From positions 1-64,000 of IMG/VR virus record IMGVR_UViG_3300043411_002794: 64,000 nucleotides of DNA. One strand, given 5' to 3'. This document shows, in pieces, positions 53,922 through 61,960 of this stretch (position 1 is the first letter of the stretch; the number at the start of each line of letters is the position of its first letter). This DNA comes from a virus. Position numbers and translations under genes: made by a program. The notes under the pieces are model-generated. The model was given only the letters and a program-made list of their open reading frames with translations, was not told where the DNA came from and searched no databases.

Positions 53922-55347
53922 TGAGAACCTCAGCAATCTGCGTGGTACTAAAGTTGGGTAGCATCGGGATGAAGACGACTTCACCGCCGCGGGCCGCCAC
54001 GAAGTCGGCACCGACCACATTCTGGTCGATATACTCGTCGCCCTTGAACAAAAACTGCGGATGAATCGCTTTGATGATATCCAGCGGTGTGTCGTCGTCG
54101 AACTCGACGAGGGCATCCACCAGCGGCAACAACAAAGGGCGACGCAAAGAAGCGTCACCAACCGGACGACCGGGACCCTTCAACCGACTGATCGACGCAT
54201 CGGAATTGGCGGCGACGATCAGTACGTCGCAACGACTGCGGGCCTGTTGCAGTAAATACACGTGCCCTGGATGCATGAGATCGAAGCAGCCGTTGGTAAA
54301 GCCGATTCGCTTGCCCTTACGATGCTGCCGGGCCGCATACTTGGCGACCTCTGCGTCATTCATCAGCTTCCCGGCGTCGCCTTTGAGGCCCAGCACGAGA
54401 TCTTCTAACTCGTCGCCGCCGATAGTGACGGTGCCGTAACGAGAAACCGCCATAGCTCCTGCCAGCGTTGCCCGGCGGGCGGCTTCGCAAACACCATGAC
54501 CAGCCACGACTCCGGCGACAAGCGTCGCCAGAAACGTGTCACCGGCCCCGGTCACGTCCGCCACCTGGTGGTGCGACGCATCGGTGGACGAGTCCCGGTC
54601 GCCGGCCAGCAGCACGGATCCGGCGGCGCCCAGCGTCACGCACACGGCCGAGATCTGCGGATGTGTCCGCAGAATCTCCCGACCGTAAACGATCCCGTGC
54701 TGCACAGGATCATCCGTCTCCAGCGCCGGGTGCAACACCGGCCCGGCCATTGCTGCCGCTTCCCGCAGGTTCGGCTTCAACATGAACACCGAACCGTACT
54801 CCTTCAGGTACTCCGGCTTAGTGTCGACGTAGAGCGGTAACTTGTACGACTCGCACAAATTGCTGATGACATTGCGCAGGCCGTCCAGCGTACCCTTCCC
54901 GTAATCCGAGACAACGACGGCGGACGGCTGCTCGTGCAACAGGTGATGCAACGAACGAACGTACTCCGCCTGCACTTCCGGCGGATCGTAGAGCTTCGGA
55001 TACGTGGTATCGACGCGAAGCAACTGCTGCCCGGACGCGTAACGGTGCTTAACCTCCGGAGGAACCTTGCTGGCGTACCCTGCCCGCATATCGACACCAT
55101 GAATGGCCAACATGCGGCAGATCCGCTCGGAGTCAGGACAGTCATGACAATCAACACGCCGCCCGAAATACCGCGTACGGATCCCGAGCGAGCTCAGGTT
55201 CATCGCCACGTTCCCGGCGCCGCCCGGAGCTTCAATCGTCTGCGTGGCGACGAGCACCGGTACGGGCGCTTCCGGAGAGCAGCGAGACACGGTGCCGGTC
55301 GTCCACCGATCCAGAAACACGTCGCCGAGAACGAGGACCCAACTCAT
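53899..55347 (-). CDS. hldE: bifunctional heptose-7-phosphate kinase / heptose-1-phosphate nucleotidyltransferase
   Basis: LGDVFLD...SPEAPVPV, PGGAGNVA, DVTGAGDTF (PfkB kinase); FTNGCFDLMHPGH, NSDASISRLKGPGRP and FSTT (cytidylyltransferase-like). Confidence 0.93.
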   Translation of the reverse strand: MSWVLVLGDVFLDRWTTGTVSRCSPEAPVPVLVATQTIEAPGGAGNVAMNLSSLGIRTRYFGRRVDCHDCPDSERICRMLAIHGVDMRAGYASKVPPEVKHRYASGQQLLRVDTTYPKLYDPPEVQAEYVRSLHHLLHEQPSAVVVSDYGKGTLDGLRNVISNLCESYKLPLYVDTKPEYLKEYGSVFMLKPNLREAAAMAGPVLHPALETDDPVQHGIVYGREILRTHPQISAVCVTLGAAGSVLLAGDRDSSTDASHHQVADVTGAGDTFLATLVAGVVAGHGVCEAARRATLAGAMAVSRYGTVTIGGDELEDLVLGLKGDAGKLMNDAEVAKYAARQHRKGKRIGFTNGCFDLMHPGHVYLLQQARSRCDVLIVAANSDASISRLKGPGRPVGDASLRRPLLLPLVDALVEFDDDTPLDIIKAIHPQFLFKGDEYIDQNVVGADFVAARGGEVVFIPMLPNFSTTQIAEVLSGRGSTV

Positions 55348-55589
55348 GCCAACGCTCCGTTTTCGGTCAGGTAATGCTGCAGTTGCATATACACCTGCAT
55401 CGCAACAGCCGGATTCATGACGATTTGATTTCCGTCAATCTGAATCTCGGCGTTCGGGATAGTCTTCACCACGGCCGCAGGGGGCGTCGCGGGCGGCGGA
55501 GTCACAGGCGACGCAGCGACGGGCAGCTTCGCAGGAAGTCGCGAAATGTCGCCGAAGACGTCAAGCATAGTTCCGAGTGCTTGGCTCAT
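55344..55589 (-). CDS. hypothetical protein (81 aa)
   Basis: ATGA overlaps on both sides. Confidence 0.6.
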   Translation of the reverse strand: MSQALGTMLDVFGDISRLPAKLPVAASPVTPPPATPPAAVVKTIPNAEIQIDGNQIVMNPAVAMQVYMQLQHYLTENGALA

Positions 55590-56386
55590 TGCAGTTTGAT
55601 CTCGACCGCGATCGTGGCGTCCTTACCACGAAGCACGTAGTTGTTGAGGATGTCGGTACACAGCGTATCGACAGGCATGTCGGCGATCACTTCGCCGCCA
55701 CGTTCGAAATAGATGTCGACGGACGGCCGCGGCTCGCCGTTGACGACGTCGACATGCAACTTACCGCCGAAACAGTCGACGACCCAGTTGAGCAACGGAT
55801 CGCCGACGGCGACGCCGCCGACGGCACTACCGAGGTTCAGGTATTCGACGGCCTTGGCGCGTTCGGCCGGGCTGATGCCGACCTGCACTTGCGGGATCGT
55901 CGGATCGACGGGTGCAGCCGCAGGTGGCGGCTGTACGGGCTGCACAGGCTGCACGGGTGCCGGTGTTGCTGCTGCGGGCGGCAGAGGAGGCGGAGAAGGC
56001 GGAGTTGCAGCTGCAGCCGGAGCTGTCGGCGTCTCCGCGGGTGCTGCCCCGAGCACAGCCGCCATGAACGCATCGAACGAAATCGCAGACGCTCCGGTGG
56101 CGGTCGCGTAATCGATATACGTGGCCATGAACTTGACCCGCTCTTCGGGCGTGTGCTTGGAGCCCTTAGTCGGCATCCAGTGGTCGAGCGCGTCTTTCGG
56201 GAACAGGCGATTCTCGTCCGTCGCGCCGAGCAGGTTGTCGGAAGCGGTCAGATACTGGGCCAAGCTAATGGCCGGAAACAACAGCCGCACGACCAAGTAA
56301 CCGAGCAGCAGTTTGACCTGCTGGGCGGGTTTCAGCTCACGCGACTTCGAATGGGCGGAAAATTGAACTAAAGCAGATTCAGTCAT
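55586..56386 (-). CDS. two-domain hypothetical protein with Pro/Ala linker (266 aa)
   Basis: Globular ends separated by a PA/PQ-rich linker. Confidence 0.7.
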   Translation of the reverse strand: MTESALVQFSAHSKSRELKPAQQVKLLLGYLVVRLLFPAISLAQYLTASDNLLGATDENRLFPKDALDHWMPTKGSKHTPEERVKFMATYIDYATATGASAISFDAFMAAVLGAAPAETPTAPAAAATPPSPPPLPPAAATPAPVQPVQPVQPPPAAAPVDPTIPQVQVGISPAERAKAVEYLNLGSAVGGVAVGDPLLNWVVDCFGGKLHVDVVNGEPRPSVDIYFERGGEVIADMPVDTLCTDILNNYVLRGKDATIAVEIKLQ

Positions 56387-57320
56387 CTAGTGCTCGTTGT
56401 TGGCGAAGAGCGCCCGACGTTGCGTGCAAACGCAAACCGGCGGACGCCCGCAAAATGATACTGGTAAGTAACGGGTTCCCGCGGAACATTCCGGCGGGAT
56501 AACGACAAGTTGATGCCAGGGTCCGCAACAAGCAGGCCCGTGACAGATCCGTATGCCGAAAACAAACGCCGCGAGTCAGCTGCGGAAGCTGCAGCTCGAT
56601 GCGATCATCCGGCCGCACAAGAAACAATTGGCGAACACGCAGTCGCCATCCGGACACCCGCGGTTCAACCGTCATTTGAGAGTACGAACCGTAAGGACGC
56701 AACTTCTGCAGCATGTTGCTGCGAACCGTGATACGTTCTCGTAAGAACGTCCGCAAATGCTCGGTCATAGTTGCAAACATTTGGTCGTCGATCGTTTCCG
56801 TCGATCCAATTCCAAACGAGATATCCGCCATGTTTCGCCGCTCCACCAAGTGAAACGGCGAACTAGCCGGCGGCGTCTCTTCCAGCTGAATCGCCCGCAG
56901 CGGAACGTCGTCACCAAATGGGTCGGCAACGACGGGTGGCGGCAGGGCCGAAGTAAACAACGGCCACAGCTTGCCGATCCGCCTCGCGTAGCAAAACGGA
57001 CAGATCCGATCGTACTTGCACGTACGCGTCTCTTGTTTGAACCAATGAAACGCAGGCTGACAATTCTGGATGTACACCAGCGTATCGTCGTAGTTGCCGA
57101 ATTTGCGGGGCAGCGGCCAGCCATACTGACGCAAGGCCGCCACGCGATCCCGCCATTCGCAAATCATCCGGATAATCGCTCGCTTGGCCAGCTCCGAGTT
57201 CGGCGGTTTGCCGCGGACTGCAGGCATGAGCGCCCACAGCACGGCTCGCCGTTCTAACTCGGCGACGTAACTGCGAGACGGTTGCCCGTCCGTAAACACA
57301 AAGTTGGTCGGCGAGACCAT
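56379..57320 (-). CDS. Rep_1-like (rolling-circle Rep) protein, HUH motif apparently degenerate
   Basis: CKYDRICPFCYARR Zn motif; MTVEP...GWRLRVRQLFLV where Reps have W-x-x-H-x-H. Confidence 0.35.
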   Translation of the reverse strand: MVSPTNFVFTDGQPSRSYVAELERRAVLWALMPAVRGKPPNSELAKRAIIRMICEWRDRVAALRQYGWPLPRKFGNYDDTLVYIQNCQPAFHWFKQETRTCKYDRICPFCYARRIGKLWPLFTSALPPPVVADPFGDDVPLRAIQLEETPPASSPFHLVERRNMADISFGIGSTETIDDQMFATMTEHLRTFLRERITVRSNMLQKLRPYGSYSQMTVEPRVSGWRLRVRQLFLVRPDDRIELQLPQLTRGVCFRHTDLSRACLLRTLASTCRYPAGMFRGNPLLTSIILRASAGLRLHATSGALRQQRALDD

Positions 57321-57321
57321 G

Positions 57322-57555
57322 CTAACTTGCCGGGATTTGAGGTCGTACCGACGTCGGTAATTGCGACAACGCCGTTAATTGGCGATCGCGTTCCTCCGGA
57401 CTGACTTGATCACAGATGTTGTCGGCTAACACCTGGTTCCAGAATAACGCCGTGTCCGTGTCGGCGTGGCTGAACGGAGGGTTCGCCACGTTGAGCACGG
57501 AACGACGGGCCGCCGCCACGCGGAGGCAGGAAGTACATTTTCCGCAGCGATTCAT
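57322..57555 (-). CDS. small CxxCxxC protein (77 aa)
   Basis: MNRCGKCTSC; ATGA-coupled. Confidence 0.6.
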   Translation of the reverse strand: MNRCGKCTSCLRVAAARRSVLNVANPPFSHADTDTALFWNQVLADNICDQVSPEERDRQLTALSQLPTSVRPQIPAS

Positions 57556-59252
57556 CGCCGCACCGTCTGTTCTTTGACGCCGGCCACCTTTGTCGCCGCA
57601 GTCGTAACCTTGGTGACTCGATCGATCTGCCGGGCGTGATTCTTATTGTAAGCACCTTCGACGCCGCGCACGATGGACGGGAAATAGTGCAAGGCAGTAC
57701 CCACAAACTCATGAAGCGACTTCATCGTCCAGTCGTGGTACCGCTCGTAGAAATCCTGGCCGTGAATATGCGTCCCCTGGTCGGATTCGTCGTGACTCAG
57801 CTCGTGAATCATGACCTGCCCGTAGGAGATCCAGGCCTCCAGATCGATACCGGTCTTAGCGATGAACTTGCGGTCGATTGCAATGAATTGCTCGCCGTCG
57901 GTCCACGCGTGAGCACAGTCGGACTCCCCGATGTACAGCGCCCGAGTCGACCGACGGATTTCGTCATCAAACTCTTCGCTGTCCTGGGCCGCCCGGCGTT
58001 CGTACTGATAGCTCAGCAGCCGGTACATCGCCCGCCGGATCGTCTTGATGATGATCGTTTCCTGGACCGTCCAGTTGGCCTCAGGGATGATACGGTAGGT
58101 TTCCTTCATCTTGGCCGTCAGATCTTTGAACGGCACAATATTGAACTCGCGATGCGCATCAAACCGATGCGGGCAACTGCACAACACGTGGTAGAGCTCG
58201 TCAAGCGAATCAACGCGGAACTGCTCCAACATATGCTCGCTAAGCACAAAGCCGAGCTTCATTTGCATCAACCGATCGGCCTTCTGACTGCCGTGCTCGC
58301 CGATCGTGAGTTTGCCGTTGAACGCGTCCGGCCGCACCAAGCCGATTGCCCAGTGCCGTCCACAGGCGTCCGTCAACAGCTTCGCACTACTGGGGACGTC
58401 GAGATCTCCGGAGAGCAGCTGATCGATCAACCGCTGCCGAGAACCGTCATTGAGGGCAGGCGCCCGCGTGATCCGTTCCTTAGCCCGTTTGTCGACCAAC
58501 GGCTTGATCTTCTTCCAGACCGGACAGGTCGACATCACCTCGTTGCGGGCGAAGTTGACCGTCAACTGTTGCTTACTGACGACTTCACCGCCGCAGCCGA
58601 ACGTACGATTCGAGTGCGACGTGACCAGCACCCCGCGGTTGTAGACATACAGGTTGCCGGTGTCCCGCAACTTGACGTACGCCTCGTCGGTTTCCTGGTC
58701 CCACTTCTGCTTGGGCGCTTCGAGCGAGATCACCTTCTTGTTGAGCGTGATCTTCGCCGGGACGTACTTAATCCCGATCGGTAAGTCGCGAAGGATGTCG
58801 CAAATATCGGTTTCCCGAATCGGATCGTAGAGCTCGATCTGCACGTCGCAGCCCGGCTTCTCAGCCAGCTTTTCATGCAGATCGTACTCGAGCCCGCGAC
58901 CGCGGATATCGACGTCCATCTTGAACTGGGACGTTCGCCAAGTGTTCTTGCCGAACGCAAAAGCCTGCCCGCGTCCCATGCGAAACTGACCATAGGTCTT
59001 TTTCTCGTGCTCTTCGGGCGGCTGGCCAAACGTACGCCAGTACGTTTGGATGTGTTTCTTATCGGTCATACCGGTCCCGTCGTCGACGACGCGGACCGAC
59101 TTCGTATTGAGCGTGATCTCGATGTTCTCCGCCTTCGCGTCGACAGCATTCATCACCAGCTCAAAGATCGCTTTGATCAGCGTGCCCGCCTGACGACGAA
59201 TAACGTCGTACAGCATGTGCGGGTGCATCCGGAAATCGTGTTTTTCTGCCAT
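57552..59252 (-). CDS. GHKL (Hsp90/MutL/MORC-like) ATPase with C-terminal HExxH domain
   Basis: ELVMNAVDA, VVDDGTGM, GQFRMG; IHELSH at 57792..57806; start MAEKHDF. Confidence 0.8.
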   Translation of the reverse strand: MAEKHDFRMHPHMLYDVIRRQAGTLIKAIFELVMNAVDAKAENIEITLNTKSVRVVDDGTGMTDKKHIQTYWRTFGQPPEEHEKKTYGQFRMGRGQAFAFGKNTWRTSQFKMDVDIRGRGLEYDLHEKLAEKPGCDVQIELYDPIRETDICDILRDLPIGIKYVPAKITLNKKVISLEAPKQKWDQETDEAYVKLRDTGNLYVYNRGVLVTSHSNRTFGCGGEVVSKQQLTVNFARNEVMSTCPVWKKIKPLVDKRAKERITRAPALNDGSRQRLIDQLLSGDLDVPSSAKLLTDACGRHWAIGLVRPDAFNGKLTIGEHGSQKADRLMQMKLGFVLSEHMLEQFRVDSLDELYHVLCSCPHRFDAHREFNIVPFKDLTAKMKETYRIIPEANWTVQETIIIKTIRRAMYRLLSYQYERRAAQDSEEFDDEIRRSTRALYIGESDCAHAWTDGEQFIAIDRKFIAKTGIDLEAWISYGQVMIHELSHDESDQGTHIHGQDFYERYHDWTMKSLHEFVGTALHYFPSIVRGVEGAYNKNHARQIDRVTKVTTAATKVAGVKEQTVRR

Positions 59253-59278
59253 GGTTTCCTGTGTAAACGGAACGGCTC

Positions 59279-60433
59279 TTAGACGGCTTCGTGCACGCGT
59301 ATCGCAACCGGGAAGCGAGGGACAGGCGGAGTGGTCGTCGTCCATTCCTGGAACTTGACCGTCAACTTCCGCCCGAGCAACTGATCGCGTTGGTCGTAAA
59401 GCTCCCGCTTCTGTGCGTGCGTGCCGGGCGCCAAAACATCGAACGTCGCGTTGGTGGTCGGGACGACACAGGTGAAGATAGCCATCCCGGCGTGCGTACC
59501 GCGACCTTCGGTAACTGAGACGATCCCGAACTCCGCGTCCATGAACGTCTTAACCTTGAGAAGATCCCGTGAACGCTTACCGGCCTGATAGGCCTGCAGG
59601 CCGTGTCGCAGCATCGCACCTTCGTAGCCGTCGGCAACGCACGCGGCCTGAAACGACATCACTTCGTCCGGCGTCGCCACCTTAATGGTTTTGACCGGCA
59701 CGATGATGTCGCGAGGCAGCCGCCGCAGCCGCTCACAGGCCGACGAGTAGCGCGATCCGAACGGACCGGGCAACATCGCGTCGTACACGTGGTACTGGAT
59801 CCTGGTCGGATCCACGGCACCGGCCTTCTTCGAGTTACGGATGGCACTGGCGATCTGCTGGAACGTAATGTCGCCGTGCACGAACAGCTCGCCATCGAGC
59901 GTCTCGCCCGGCTGGATCGCGTTTCGCAGGACCTCTTGAATGTGCCCCATCGTCTCAATCAACGTACCCTTCCGCGAATAGAGCCGAATTTCTCCGTCTT
60001 CATTGCGGGCCAAGCAGCGGTGTCCATCGAGCTTGGGTTGCACGAAGGCCTGCTGCCAGTCGACGATGTTGACGTAGTCACCAAAGCTCTCTGCGAGCAT
60101 CGGCGCCAGTGCCCGGCTGGCAGCGGAATCGGCGACGTTGGTCGCGTAGTGGTGCCGCTGCGTCTGGGCCTTATACCGTGCCTCGGCCTCTTTCACGGCC
60201 TGCTGCAAGGGAGTGGTGGCATTCTTCTTGCCGGGGTTCTTGCCGACGGCGATATTGTCGCGGATGACCTGCTTCACACCGCCCTGCCGTCCGTGATGGA
60301 TGACAATGTCGGCCGTGCCGTTTTCCCGGGCTTCGACACGAATGTCCCATTCTTGGACCCCTTCATCCGCGGTCTGTTTCAACAGCGTATCGCCGCGGTA
60401 GGCGACTTCGCCTAATACCTGGTCGGAATTCAT
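59279..60433 (-). CDS. ATP-dependent DNA ligase
   Basis: QPKLDG (KxDG), LDGELF, EGAMLR, LLKVK and PRFP; WGR-like N-terminal domain. Confidence 0.93.
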   Translation of the reverse strand: MNSDQVLGEVAYRGDTLLKQTADEGVQEWDIRVEARENGTADIVIHHGRQGGVKQVIRDNIAVGKNPGKKNATTPLQQAVKEAEARYKAQTQRHHYATNVADSAASRALAPMLAESFGDYVNIVDWQQAFVQPKLDGHRCLARNEDGEIRLYSRKGTLIETMGHIQEVLRNAIQPGETLDGELFVHGDITFQQIASAIRNSKKAGAVDPTRIQYHVYDAMLPGPFGSRYSSACERLRRLPRDIIVPVKTIKVATPDEVMSFQAACVADGYEGAMLRHGLQAYQAGKRSRDLLKVKTFMDAEFGIVSVTEGRGTHAGMAIFTCVVPTTNATFDVLAPGTHAQKRELYDQRDQLLGRKLTVKFQEWTTTTPPVPRFPVAIRVHEAV

Positions 60434-60768
60434 TCCGTCTCCTGGATTGAGTGAAGTTGAAGACTCCCCTGCAAAATCTGCAGGGCAGCATCGTAAAAAT
60501 TGATTGTGCGTTTGCTCGGGCGCGTCGCGACGCAGCCGACCGTTACGGGCGTCGGATCCAGGCCGCGGGCTTCCATCGCACTGCGGAACTGCGGGTGGCT
60601 ATGGATGCTTCGATAGTCGCGAAGCACGCGGCGCGACACGGGTAATCCCTGCCCTGCCGCGGCGGCGACCGCGTTGGCATGACGCATCGCCTGGAACTTT
60701 CGTTCCCCGTGCGGGAATCGCTGCAACCACTCCGCCCGCGTGTACTCATGCTCGGATTTGTTCGGCAT
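60430..60768 (-). CDS. hypothetical protein (112 aa)
   Basis: Coupled to ligase. Confidence 0.55.
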   Translation of the reverse strand: MPNKSEHEYTRAEWLQRFPHGERKFQAMRHANAVAAAAGQGLPVSRRVLRDYRSIHSHPQFRSAMEARGLDPTPVTVGCVATRPSKRTINFYDAALQILQGSLQLHSIQETE

Positions 60769-61048
60769 CTTTTAAGTAATAGTTGACAGGATAGATGAAG
60801 TTGCTCGGCTGCGTCCCAATCGGCCTGCCGAGCTTGTTTTCCAGGGCGCCGGTGTCTTCCAGCGTCTTGAGCGTCCACTTCGGACCGACGGGCATATGCG
60901 ACGTACGCAGTTCGCCTGCGGGCCGCAGCTCCAGATTTTGATAGCAGACGCCGCCGGTCGTTTCCGGATCGTCGAGCTGCGACTGAATCTGCAAATGTAC
61001 GGACGGATCGAACTGCGCGAAGTACTCCTCGCGAGAAAGTTGCTTCAA
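60746..61048 (-). CDS. hypothetical protein (100 aa)
   Basis: Co-oriented, tightly packed. Confidence 0.6.
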   Translation of the reverse strand: MKQLSREEYFAQFDPSVHLQIQSQLDDPETTGGVCYQNLELRPAGELRTSHMPVGPKWTLKTLEDTGALENKLGRPIGTQPSNFIYPVNYYLKDAEQIRA

Positions 61049-61064
61049 AGGACGCTAGCTCCGG

Positions 61065-61334
61065 TTATTCTTCGTCTTCGTTGAGCGGGTGCCCGTCGAC
61101 ACCGACGACAAAGCGAGCACCACCCTCGCCGTCATGCTCGATACCGAGCGTCATGAACTCCAACTGCGGCCAGTGGTCGGGAGCGTAGTCGTGCCAGGTC
61201 GGGCCCAGCGTCATCGTGTCGGGCAGCCCGGCGATGGCTTGGCGGAGATGCCCCAGTGTCAGCAACTTCTGGCCGAGCCTGGGTTTGATAATCTGATGCC
61301 CGGCTTTAGGCGCAGCCGATTGCTTCTTGGCCAT
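61065..61334 (-). CDS. hypothetical protein (89 aa)
   Basis: MAKKQSAAPK start with AAAGG upstream. Confidence 0.6.
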   Translation of the reverse strand: MAKKQSAAPKAGHQIIKPRLGQKLLTLGHLRQAIAGLPDTMTLGPTWHDYAPDHWPQLEFMTLGIEHDGEGGARFVVGVDGHPLNEDEE

Positions 61335-61668
61335 GTAAAAGGCCTTTCTTTAATTTTGGATCAACGCATTCCGCGTGAAACAGTACCTGCCACGGTAATA
61401 ATTCCGCCAAGCGGTAGGCGACAGCGCACGCATGCCCGATCGCCGAGAGGCTCACCCGCAGCTCATCGCGATCGCTGCCGTAACGCCCATAGTGATGATC
61501 GAAGTCAGCGACGATCGTCGTGAACTGCGGGCCGTGAATGCAGACCCGGTAACTGGTCCAACCGGGCCGCGGACAGTGGTGTACCGTGATCGAATATTCA
61601 TTGCGATCACGCGTACCGACGTTCCGTGGAAAATCACGGACGACGTAATACGCGCTAACCTGGGTCAT
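61306..61668 (-). CDS. hypothetical protein (120 aa)
   Basis: Likely start MTQVSAY. Confidence 0.55.
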   Translation of the reverse strand: MTQVSAYYVVRDFPRNVGTRDRNEYSITVHHCPRPGWTSYRVCIHGPQFTTIVADFDHHYGRYGSDRDELRVSLSAIGHACAVAYRLAELLPWQVLFHAECVDPKLKKGLLHGQEAIGCA

Positions 61669-61960
61669 CGCGAATAGTTTCCAGTAGCCGCAAGGCGCCA
61701 ACCGTCGCCTCGTACTGCGCGTCGGTCAAATGCCGCATTAACCCACTGATCGTCACGCACTGTCGTGCCAAATCGTCTTTGCTGACATTCAAAAAGTAAT
61801 TGCGACCCGGTCGCTCCGGTGCCCGCTCCCACGTGCCGCCGCGCGGTAAGTGGTTGAAAAAGTCGTGTTCGTTATCAGTGAACCGAGTACAGAACGCCAG
61901 ATCCGTCCAACCGTGTTCGTTGGACCAGTAGAGCCCATTCTCGTCGACAATGACCCACAT
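61655..61960 (-). CDS. hypothetical protein (101 aa)
   Basis: MWVIVDENGLYW start in TAATG overlap with the methyltransferase stop. Confidence 0.6.
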   Translation of the reverse strand: MWVIVDENGLYWSNEHGWTDLAFCTRFTDNEHDFFNHLPRGGTWERAPERPGRNYFLNVSKDDLARQCVTISGLMRHLTDAQYEATVGALRLLETIRDDPG

